Part shown: piece after piece, positions 1 through 8,802 of the stretch | Position numbering within the stretch: the first letter of the stretch is position 1 | Layout of the letters: each line of letters opens with the position of its first letter | NCBI GenBank assembly: GCA_034660955.1 | Contig: JAYEKK010000162.1 | Location: forward strand, 1 to 35,617 | Direction: 5' to 3' | DNA: 35,617 nucleotides | Source of the DNA: Candidatus Cloacimonadota bacterium | Lineage (GTDB): Bacteria > Cloacimonadota > Cloacimonadia > Cloacimonadales > TCS61 | Made by a program: the position numbers and the translations under genes | Notes under the pieces: model-generated | Told to the model about the DNA's origin: nothing | The model's input: only the letters and a program-made list of their open reading frames with translations | Databases searched by the model: none

Positions 1-1
1 T

Positions 2-1573
2 TTAAGATCTAACGGCGCTATCGGTTACAATATGCTTAAGAGTAAAGCATTCTCAGATACAAATAATATTTCGATAAAGTTTGATGGTGATATACTTCAA
101 ATGGTTGCAGATCAGACAAAAGCAATTACTAATGCCGGTTCAAATTCTGAGTTTGAATTTGTAGTTGGAACAAGAGAGAGTAAAATTTTTATTGAGCAGG
201 GAAACTTTTCTTTATCCAAAGGATTTTTAAAAATAAAAGATCAACCGGAAGATATTGATAAGATTACCATTGGATTTGAAATCACAGATAATATCTTTGT
301 GATCGAAAAATTTAAATTTCGTATGGGTGAAGGAAGGTGTTACTTTTCTAACGTAATAAATAATAATAATGATGATTTTATTCTGGGTACACTTAATCTG
401 GGAAAAATACTAATCAAAACTAATAATGTTGGGATTCTTGTTAATATGCCAGGATACATTCCCAAGAATAATGTAGCTAAATTAGTTATTAAGGGAAGAG
501 ATAGCGAATATTTTGAAGTAAAAGGTCCGTTTGAAGATATCACAATGATCGGTGACTTGAATGTATCAAATGGTGGTGCAATATTCCCACCTAATACAGA
601 AAATCTATTGAAACTTTTTAATACAGTTCGGGAAAAAAAGGAAGGTGAAAGTGTAATCTTGCCACTTAGTTTTGATCTTATGATTAACATCGGTGAGAAT
701 GTTAAATATGTAACATATCCGGTAGACATTAAACTAAATCCGGGTGGATATTTGAACTTAGTTTATGAAAATGAAGAATTCACGATCCCGGATGCATTGT
801 TCATAGCGGATGAAGGCTCAGTGGATATTTTTGGTACAAAAATGAAATTGGACTATATGCAGATACAGCTTAGCAGATTTACAGAAGGTGCAAATATCTC
901 CGGAACATTCTATAAAAAAACTGCTGATGGCTCAATGATTACATTGAATATTTATAACGAAGTTGCCGGTGATGATGAGGTTGGAACATTAAAATTTTCA
1001 CTTAATAGTGATAATCCAAACGACAGGATAACAGATATATTATCTAAATTGAGATATAATAGATCTATGGAAGATATATCACCTGATCAGAAGAAAACAC
1101 TGTTGCAGGATGAAGTTATTCAAATTGCCGGAATGGGATTAGAGAGTGCAGTAATGGATCCACTGTTGTCACCTGTAGAAAATTGGATCAGGAAAAGTTT
1201 AAGATTAGATTATTTTCACCTTCAAACAGACCTTGTTCAAAATCTTTTTGCCAGCTATTCCTCTGAAGATAAATCTGAATATGAAGTTTATGATGAACCC
1301 AATGAAATTGCAAAATTTTCATCTGAATTATTTTTGAATAATTTATCTATAAGCATGGGAAGATACCTAAGTCGTGATCTATTTCTTGATTATGAAACAC
1401 GAGTAGAAAGGTCACAGGATGTTGCCTTAGCTTCAGAAATGGGCATCTTTCATGAATTTTCATTAAGGTATCAATTACCATTCAAGTTCAGGATTTTATA
1501 TAAATATAAAATATTACCTTTTAAGGAAGAAAATCCGCACGAGATAATACTGGAAAGATCGTTTAGATTTTAA
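2..1573 (+). CDS. Large envelope protein, probably TamB/AsmA-like (translocation and assembly module), 5'-truncated by the window
   Basis: The frame is open from position 2, so the ATG at 32 is probably internal. The protein is beta-rich with Gly/hydrophobic alternation and has a TamB-like C-terminal end (SMGRYLSRDLFLDY...ILERSFRF). Family assigned by resemblance only. Confidence 0.5.
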   Translation, partial: LRSNGAIGYNMLKSKAFSDTNNISIKFDGDILQMVADQTKAITNAGSNSEFEFVVGTRESKIFIEQGNFSLSKGFLKIKDQPEDIDKITIGFEITDNIFVIEKFKFRMGEGRCYFSNVINNNNDDFILGTLNLGKILIKTNNVGILVNMPGYIPKNNVAKLVIKGRDSEYFEVKGPFEDITMIGDLNVSNGGAIFPPNTENLLKLFNTVREKKEGESVILPLSFDLMINIGENVKYVTYPVDIKLNPGGYLNLVYENEEFTIPDALFIADEGSVDIFGTKMKLDYMQIQLSRFTEGANISGTFYKKTADGSMITLNIYNEVAGDDEVGTLKFSLNSDNPNDRITDILSKLRYNRSMEDISPDQKKTLLQDEVIQIAGMGLESAVMDPLLSPVENWIRKSLRLDYFHLQTDLVQNLFASYSSEDKSEYEVYDEPNEIAKFSSELFLNNLSISMGRYLSRDLFLDYETRVERSQDVALASEMGIFHEFSLRYQLPFKFRILYKYKILPFKEENPHEIILERSFRF

Positions 1574-1637
1574 AAAATGTCTTCCAGGGCTAAAGCATGA
1601 GGTAATTTAAGCTCGAAACTACTTCCAATTCATAAAC

Positions 1638-2024
1638 TTATTTAAATAAAGATTCAATTATAGGTATTATATCATGAACTTCAATAGGTTTTTCAAGATA
1701 GGCTACAGGGTTAATCTTTTGCGCTTGTTTATAAATCGCAACTTCATTATAACCGGTCATAAAAATAATTGAAATATCTTTAAGAGCAACGATTTGCCTG
1801 GCTGCTTCTATACCATCCATTTTTCCGGAAAGATGGATATCTATTAATATTATATCTGACTTCTCTTCTTTTGTAATCTCTATTGCTTCTTCTCCGCTAG
1901 CAACAAAATTACATATAGTGTAACCATTTAATTCCAATTCTATCTTTAGATATTGCGCTATCAACAATTCATCTTCGGCCAATAGAATTTTGATTTTCTT
2001 GCATTTTAATAACCCATAATCCAT
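1638..2024 (-). CDS. Single-domain response regulator (receiver only)
   Basis: ILLAEDE acidic pocket, IILIDIHL phospho-Asp, MDGIEAA, IIFMTG and YLEKP motifs. No output domain. Confidence 0.93.
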   Translation of the reverse strand: MDYGLLKCKKIKILLAEDELLIAQYLKIELELNGYTICNFVASGEEAIEITKEEKSDIILIDIHLSGKMDGIEAARQIVALKDISIIFMTGYNEVAIYKQAQKINPVAYLEKPIEVHDIIPIIESLFK

Positions 2025-2034
2025 AATTTATATC

Positions 2035-5000
2035 TTACACCCTCACTTGATACAAGTTATCTTTTAATTTAATAAACCATTTTAATCCATCTTCTATTTT
2101 ATAAATTACTTCGCCCTTCAATTGATGTTCAATGAGAGAAAATACTGTTTGAAGTCCCATTGTATTTACATTTTCCAGTATGACGTCTTTTGGAATTCCC
2201 ATACCATTATCACTTAGATGAATATTTATGGTATTATCGTTATCTTTGTATAATCGAATTGTAATCTCATCTTTATCATTATTTGGGAAGGCATGCTTGA
2301 ATATATTAGATATAAGTTCATTTAGAACCAAACCTAAGGGTATTGCAAAATCAATTAATACAGGTATATCTTCCATATCTAAGTTCAATGATACTTTTTC
2401 TGAGCGAATTCCAAAGCTTATCATAAGTAGTTTAATAAGATCAGTAATGTATTCTTTTAGATTAATATGAGAAAGATCTTTTGCCTGATATAGTTTTTGA
2501 TGAACCAGAGACATCGCTTTTATCTTGTTTATTATTTCATCAAATGATTCGTGTACGATCTCGATACCTGTATCACCAGATAATGACTTGTTTTCTATAC
2601 TCCTAGACTGCATCCGTAGCATCGAAGAAATAATCTGCATATTATTTTTGGTGCGATGATATAGTTCTCTTAACAGTGTATCCTTTTCATTTAGATTTCT
2701 CTTAATCCTCTCATCTGCCTGCTTTCTATTAATTGCTAAAGCAATTTCTTCTGAAACAAATGTGAGAATTTCCAGATCATCTTTCGAATAAAGATCGGGA
2801 TTATCATAACTCTGAACTGCAATAACACCCATTACTTTGTTCCCAATTTTCAAGGGAACGCCCAGCCAACTCAATGATGGAGTCCCAATAATTTCAACTT
2901 CACCTTGTTTGGCTAACTCATCTAGAAACTGCCTGTTGGCAAATAAAGGCTTTCCTGTTTTGATAACATAATTAGTAAGTGTTTTTCCAGCTGGAAATGT
3001 TTCATAAACATCTTTTATATCAACATCATAGGGAAGAGAGATCATATCAGTTTTTTCATCATATAAAGCGATATAAAAATTTGTAGTATCTAATACATTT
3101 CCCAGATGTTTTCTTATCTTAATGAAGAGTTCGTGTAAGTTATCAACTGTAATCAGAGCATTTGAAATATTATACAAAGTGTTTTGTTTAATCTCAGCTT
3201 TTTTTCTATCACTGATATCTGAAGTAAGAATCACCACTTTTTCTACTTTGTCATTTTCATCCATGATGGCATAAAATCTCTGCATGATCCATTCAGCTTT
3301 ATTATTTCCAGGCTTTAATTTCATTTCCGGAACGAAATAAGAACCACCATTTTTATATATATTCTTGATTTGTTGTTGATGCTTACCAAGGTAGCTGTCT
3401 TTTTCATCTATCTGCAGTTTTGTGCGTTTGATTTTATAAGATTCAATCTGTTCATCAGTAAATTCCCAGATATTCTTCCAAGCTTCATTATAGAGAATAA
3501 GCGTACCGTATTTATCTCGAACTGAAATACCAAACGGTGAATCTTTGATGACGGCGGAAGAGAGCTGCTCGCTTTCTATCAATGCTTTTTCAGTTTCTCT
3601 TTTTTGAACAGCTATAGCAGCTTGTTTGATAAATGATTCTATAAAATCAATATCTGCTAATTTAGGGCTGTTCTTCTTCATGAGAATTATTATTGTTCCC
3701 AGTAGATTATTTCCTTTAACTATCCCAGAAGTATATATATCACCCATATTGGTAAGTTTTTCAATTGATTTACAAATTGCTCTTGGAATGGTTCCCAAAC
3801 TCAACCCATAAAGGTCTTTTGCATTACAATGGATTCTACCATCTCGAAGATAATCGAGTTCAGATCCTTTTATGTTCAAAACATGATCTAGAGGATTTTT
3901 ACCCATTATATTCATTATTTGTTTAGAGTGTTTCTCAATACCGATTACAGCCCGAGTTATAAGGGTATTATCATTACTAATTGAATTAACCATTACATAA
4001 GCATTTTTCTCCAAATAATTATAAATCTTCTGAGCAATGTATTTATAAATATTTTCTTCAGTGGCAAGATCAACAAATTGCATTGCTGTCTGGGATAGTA
4101 TTTCAATCTTTCTAGTATGATCTTTTTCTTGTTCTTCTGCCTTCTTGCGCTCTGTGATATCTAAAGCAAAAGTAATAATTGCATCCTTACCAAGATAAGA
4201 GATTCTTTTGGAACGTACGATTTTAGGAAATATTTCACCGTTTTTTCTTATTCCCCAGAAGTCATATTGCTGGGGTTTACCATTAAGGGCATCCTGAATG
4301 AAGCCGGTGATTTTATTCATATCATTTTTCCCTGGAGCAGATAAGAATTGAGGTGTTTTACCTATAAAAAATTTCTTGGGATAACCATACATATCCATTG
4401 CACCCTGGTTGACATCAAGAAATTTACCTTCGGTATCTTGAATATAAATTGCATCAGTTGCATTGTTAAAAATATCTCGATAGCTTTTTTCAGATTGCTT
4501 TTGAGCAATTGCTGTTGCAATCTGACCAGAAATAAATTCTAAAATCTCTAAATCTTTTTCTACGTAAAGCGATGCATCAGTATAGCTTTGAACTGCTATT
4601 ACACCAAGAGTTTCTTTTCCTAATTTTAAAGGAACGCCAACCCAGATTTTTGCATGTGCACCTATTTTTCCCCTTTTTACTTCTCCGGTTTGAATTAGTA
4701 TCTTCCTTTTCTCTTCTGTACCAAAAAGAGATTTTCCCGTTTTTGCAACATAAGCAGAAAGTGTTTTTCCAGCTGGAAAAGATTTAAAAATATCCTTTTC
4801 ATCGATATGATAAGGAAGTGAAAAAGTATCGTCATCTTCATTATAAAGAGCAATATAGAAATTATCTGTATTCATGATTGAACTAAGATGACTTCTAATC
4901 GCTTTGAATAATTCGTGAATATCTTTTGTTGTATTCACAACATTGGCAATATTATAAATAACTGATTGGATTTTTTCTGTTTGCTTGCGATCTGTGATGT

Positions 5001-6609
5001 CTCGAAGAACACCGGCAAGTCCGGTGATGTTTCCTTCTTTATCGCGTTGGATTTTTCCAATATCTTCAAACCAGTGAACCTCTTTCTTTGCATCGAGAGT
5101 TCTGAATATACTAGGAAATTCTTTACCTGTTTCGAGGGTTTTCTGATACTCTTTTGCGATTTTTTCCCGGTCTTCCGGATGGACAATTTCAAGTAAATTT
5201 TTGGAGATTAATGTCTCAGCGGGTGTACCATATTGCTTTGTTTGAGGACTTATGTAGGTTATAATACCATCACGATCCAACGAATATATAATATCGGACA
5301 TATTTTCGGTGAGTGTGCGGTATTTCTCTTCGCTTTCTCTGAGATTTTTTTTCGCCAGTTTTCCTTCGGTGATGTCTTCAATAACAGCTATTTCAAAAAG
5401 TGGTTTACCGTTATTATTACGAACAAGTTGTGCTCTGATACGAGCATAAATAATGCTTCCGTTTTTATGAATATATCTCTTTTCAAGATCGAAATATGAT
5501 ATTTTACCTTCTACCAATTTTTCATACAGTTCTTTATTCTTTATTCTATCATCGGGATGCGAGAATTGATTAAAATGTTTGTGCATCATCTCTTTTTTTG
5601 AATAACCCATGATATTGCAAAAAGCAAAATTCATATCTATGTAATTACCCTTCAAATCTGTAGCACTGAATCCACAGGGTGAATTATCAATCATCAATCG
5701 CAGTTTCTCTTCACTTTTGTGCACTTCTTCTTCTGCTTTTATACGCTTTGTAATATCGCTTTGTGTTCCCCATGCATTTATCAATTTACCGTTTTTAATA
5801 ACTCCAATCATTGAGTTTGAGAAATATTTTTCTTTTCCATCTTTAGTTAGCTCTCTTGAAATACTTCCTGATGTTCTAAATTCATTTTTAATGAAAGTTC
5901 TCAAATATTCCTTGTTTTCATCAGTATTTGGCATAGCATCAGAAAGTTTCAATCCAAGAATATCTTCTTTTGAGACACCCATCATATTTGCATAAGTATC
6001 ATTACATTCAATGCAACGACTATCAAAAAAATTAACGATCATCTGATCTTCCGGCATATTAATATCAATAGGTTTTTCAGGTTGGAAACACCAAATTCCC
6101 AGAGTTGTATTTTCAACAAAATTTCTGAGTTTTTCTTCATTTTTTTTTATTTTATTTTCCGTCTTTTTGTACTCGGTGATGTCTCTTCCAACTGCAATAA
6201 ATTGTTTTCCGACTATATTAACGGTACTTTGCACATAACGCCACTCTCCGGCTTTGTTTTTAAAACGAAATTCAATTGAGTTATAATTTCTAATATCATC
6301 TCTGAATAAGATTTTTTTAATTTTTAGATTAACATATTTTGTTAACAAAGAAAACAGTGTTTTTTTATCTTCGGGATGGAGATAATCAAAAAATGATTTT
6401 CCAAGCAGGTCTTCTGGATCATATCCAAATATTTGTTTAATAGAAGGGCTGATATAGAGATATTTCGCCTTTAAATCGAAGGTGGTTATAGAAATAATAT
6501 CGCTTGTATTTTCGGTAATTATCCGAAATTGCTCTTCTGATTTTTCCAATTCAACAATTCTTTGTTTCAACTTGTCTAATTCTAATAAATTACTTTTTTT
6601 CTTCATCAT
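2035..6609 (-). CDS. Multi-PAS/GAF sensor histidine kinase, HisKA_2 type (cytoplasmic)
   Basis: Repeated PAS/PAC ends (RDITEYK, SDITKRI, EDITEGK, RDITDRK, LDITERK, SDISDRK) and two GAF repeats. H-box ELYHRTKNNMQIISSML, N-box NELISNIFKHAF, G-boxes SDNGMG and TMGL. No TM segment is evident. Confidence 0.95.
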   Translation of the reverse strand: MMKKKSNLLELDKLKQRIVELEKSEEQFRIITENTSDIISITTFDLKAKYLYISPSIKQIFGYDPEDLLGKSFFDYLHPEDKKTLFSLLTKYVNLKIKKILFRDDIRNYNSIEFRFKNKAGEWRYVQSTVNIVGKQFIAVGRDITEYKKTENKIKKNEEKLRNFVENTTLGIWCFQPEKPIDINMPEDQMIVNFFDSRCIECNDTYANMMGVSKEDILGLKLSDAMPNTDENKEYLRTFIKNEFRTSGSISRELTKDGKEKYFSNSMIGVIKNGKLINAWGTQSDITKRIKAEEEVHKSEEKLRLMIDNSPCGFSATDLKGNYIDMNFAFCNIMGYSKKEMMHKHFNQFSHPDDRIKNKELYEKLVEGKISYFDLEKRYIHKNGSIIYARIRAQLVRNNNGKPLFEIAVIEDITEGKLAKKNLRESEEKYRTLTENMSDIIYSLDRDGIITYISPQTKQYGTPAETLISKNLLEIVHPEDREKIAKEYQKTLETGKEFPSIFRTLDAKKEVHWFEDIGKIQRDKEGNITGLAGVLRDITDRKQTEKIQSVIYNIANVVNTTKDIHELFKAIRSHLSSIMNTDNFYIALYNEDDDTFSLPYHIDEKDIFKSFPAGKTLSAYVAKTGKSLFGTEEKRKILIQTGEVKRGKIGAHAKIWVGVPLKLGKETLGVIAVQSYTDASLYVEKDLEILEFISGQIATAIAQKQSEKSYRDIFNNATDAIYIQDTEGKFLDVNQGAMDMYGYPKKFFIGKTPQFLSAPGKNDMNKITGFIQDALNGKPQQYDFWGIRKNGEIFPKIVRSKRISYLGKDAIITFALDITERKKAEEQEKDHTRKIEILSQTAMQFVDLATEENIYKYIAQKIYNYLEKNAYVMVNSISNDNTLITRAVIGIEKHSKQIMNIMGKNPLDHVLNIKGSELDYLRDGRIHCNAKDLYGLSLGTIPRAICKSIEKLTNMGDIYTSGIVKGNNLLGTIIILMKKNSPKLADIDFIESFIKQAAIAVQKRETEKALIESEQLSSAVIKDSPFGISVRDKYGTLILYNEAWKNIWEFTDEQIESYKIKRTKLQIDEKDSYLGKHQQQIKNIYKNGGSYFVPEMKLKPGNNKAEWIMQRFYAIMDENDKVEKVVILTSDISDRKKAEIKQNTLYNISNALITVDNLHELFIKIRKHLGNVLDTTNFYIALYDEKTDMISLPYDVDIKDVYETFPAGKTLTNYVIKTGKPLFANRQFLDELAKQGEVEIIGTPSLSWLGVPLKIGNKVMGVIAVQSYDNPDLYSKDDLEILTFVSEEIALAINRKQADERIKRNLNEKDTLLRELYHRTKNNMQIISSMLRMQSRSIENKSLSGDTGIEIVHESFDEIINKIKAMSLVHQKLYQAKDLSHINLKEYITDLIKLLMISFGIRSEKVSLNLDMEDIPVLIDFAIPLGLVLNELISNIFKHAFPNNDKDEITIRLYKDNDNTINIHLSDNGMGIPKDVILENVNTMGLQTVFSLIEHQLKGEVIYKIEDGLKWFIKLKDNLYQVRV

Positions 6610-6863
6610 CTTCTACCTTTTAAATTATTTAATCGGATTCTTTCATTTTTTTTGTTTACTATAAAACAATAATCTAAACCGGAAAACACAAATATCAGAA
6701 ATAAGATACTAACTTCCGACTGTTTCGATTTTATCGAATCTTTGAACTGTTGAATTGCCCAAATCCCGAATACTTTCGGGAGAAGATCAGCAAACTGAAC
6801 ACTTGTACGTCTTTGGCATATTCCGATATTTTTCTTTCTGTAAGCTCGAATCTCATTATTCAA
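6606..6863 (-). CDS. Putative 85-aa linker ORF spanning a repeat-containing spacer
   Basis: TTG start overlaps the upstream gene's stop by 8 nt, and its TGA overlaps the downstream ATG (ATGA). No recognisable family. Confidence 0.35.
   Translation of the reverse strand: MNNEIRAYRKKNIGICQRRTSVQFADLLPKVFGIWAIQQFKDSIKSKQSEVSILFLIFVFSGLDYCFIVNKKNERIRLNNLKGRR
6764..6781. repeat. REP-like palindrome TCCCGAA-TACT-TTCGGGA
   Basis: Perfect 7-bp inverted repeat in an intergenic spacer. A second small palindrome, TTCGAT-TTT-ATCGAA, lies at 6724-6738. Confidence 0.5.
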
Positions 6864-8802
6864 TAACCTTTCTCAAGTTGATCACAAATGCAGCACCGTC
6901 TGGTTCATTATCTCTAACAAAAATAGTTCCTCCATAATATTCAATGATCTGTTTCACAATATGTAAACCGATTCCGGTATTACCGGTTTTACCATAAGCA
7001 AAACCTTTATCAAATATCTTGTTTTGTATTTTTTTTGGAATTCCTTTTCCGTTATCGCTGATCTTTATTTCACATAGATATTTTCTGGAAGATATTTCGA
7101 TATTTAGTTTAGTTGATTTGCCATGTATGATGGAATTACTTATCAAATTATCGAATACAGAATATATATCATTATTTGCATATACCGTTTCTGAACCGGA
7201 AATATTGATCTTCAATTGAGGATAATTCTTTTGTAAATTTTCAACAATATCATTAATTTTGTAACCTACCAGATCAGAATGAGAATCTATAAAATACTCC
7301 TGTTTACGCTGTCTTTCGATTGTACTCAGACCCTTACTAACTCTTTTTTCAATTTCAATCAGCATCTCTTTATTTGATGTATTATTAAAAATATTTAATG
7401 CACTTTTAATTACTACAAGATCGTTAGCTATATCATGACGAAGAATTGAATTTACAATTTGTAATCGCTTTCTGCCGATTTTTAATTTTTTTTCCACCTG
7501 TTTGAGTTCAGTGATATCGGTTGATATAATAAGAATACAATTTGGATCATCTTCCATTTCAAAAGGGATTTTTGTGGTTTGGAACCATCGCTCGATTCCT
7601 TGTTTAAAAATAAAAGGTTCTGCGTTTGTTGAGAATATCTTTTTGTTGTCGATAACATTCTGTTCGTTTTTTCTGAATTTATTATAATCTATTGTTTTAA
7701 ACCATTTTTTTCCGATTTCGTAATCGTATTTTCCAATGAGGTCTTCAGGTGTCGTATTATACAGCTTTGCCATTTGCTTATTCACAACGAGATATTTTCC
7801 ATTCCGATCTTTTACAAACATGGAATTAGGAGTTGTATCGATAATTTGTCGAAGCATTTTCTCTTTCTGCTTTATCTTGGTTTCCATTTGTTTGCGTTTC
7901 GTAATGTCTCTTCCAAAACTCACTGTTCCGATTACTTTTCCTTCCTTGATAATAGGTGCTGTATTAACAGATATAGTAATTATATTTGTTCTAGTTCTGT
8001 CGTAAATTCTTACTTCATAATGATTTTGATTTCCAGCTAATGTATCGAGAAAAACATTTTGAACCAATTCCAGATCTTCTTCCAAAATTATCGGGGCAAA
8101 TGATTTTCCTATTTCTTGTTTTGCACTGCCCTCGGTCACCTCTTCTGATCTCTTATTAATATAAAGGAAATTTCCTTCTTTATCTAAAGTCCAGATCATA
8201 TCATTAGAATTTTCAATCATTGTTCTATATTTTTCTTCTGATTGTTGGAGTTCTTTTGTTCTCTTTTTAACATTTCTTTCTAATTCATTCAACTTTAAAC
8301 TTGCAATTCTATTCAATTCCCATTTTTTACTGAGAGTGTACGTAAGCTGCCGGACTTCAATATTATCAAATGGTTTTTTTAGAATTAGAAGTTTATCTGT
8401 ATGCCCGAATTTTTTAAACAGATCATCCCAAGAATAATCTGAATAGGCAGTACAGATGACTATCTGTAAATCGGGATATATTTCCCAGATTTTAGAAATT
8501 GTTTCAATCCCATCCCATCCGGGAGGCATTCGGACATCGATAAATGCTACAGCGTAAGGTTCTCTTTCCCTGATGGATTCTTCCACCATTTTAAAACCTT
8601 CCTTTCCCTGAGAGGCATAATCTATCGAGTATGTTTCATCCTGTATATCTGGTGTTTTTCCTATAAGTGCTTCTTCCAACTTATCAAGATCGCTTTCTTT
8701 CTCTTTGGAAATTAGCAGTACTTTTTTAAAATCAAGATGAATTTGGGTGTTGTCGTCAATTATCAGAATTCTTTTTTTATCAGAATTATTAATATCATTC
8801 AT
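6856..8802 (-). CDS. Hybrid receiver-PAS-PAS-histidine kinase
   Basis: N-terminal receiver (ILIIDDN, AFIDVRMPPGWDG, ICTAY, LKKP) and two PAS domains. H-box LRHDIANDL, N-box NLISNSIIHG, G-boxes SDNGKG and GIGL. Confidence 0.93.
   Translation of the reverse strand: MNDINNSDKKRILIIDDNTQIHLDFKKVLLISKEKESDLDKLEEALIGKTPDIQDETYSIDYASQGKEGFKMVEESIREREPYAVAFIDVRMPPGWDGIETISKIWEIYPDLQIVICTAYSDYSWDDLFKKFGHTDKLLILKKPFDNIEVRQLTYTLSKKWELNRIASLKLNELERNVKKRTKELQQSEEKYRTMIENSNDMIWTLDKEGNFLYINKRSEEVTEGSAKQEIGKSFAPIILEEDLELVQNVFLDTLAGNQNHYEVRIYDRTRTNIITISVNTAPIIKEGKVIGTVSFGRDITKRKQMETKIKQKEKMLRQIIDTTPNSMFVKDRNGKYLVVNKQMAKLYNTTPEDLIGKYDYEIGKKWFKTIDYNKFRKNEQNVIDNKKIFSTNAEPFIFKQGIERWFQTTKIPFEMEDDPNCILIISTDITELKQVEKKLKIGRKRLQIVNSILRHDIANDLVVIKSALNIFNNTSNKEMLIEIEKRVSKGLSTIERQRKQEYFIDSHSDLVGYKINDIVENLQKNYPQLKINISGSETVYANNDIYSVFDNLISNSIIHGKSTKLNIEISSRKYLCEIKISDNGKGIPKKIQNKIFDKGFAYGKTGNTGIGLHIVKQIIEYYGGTIFVRDNEPDGAAFVINLRKVIE

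Noticed and set aside
1584-1602. CCAGGGCTAAAGCATGAGG, possible decayed GGGCTAAAGCCC-type REP or terminator
   Set aside because: The right arm is too degenerate and there is a single copy, so it is not supportable.
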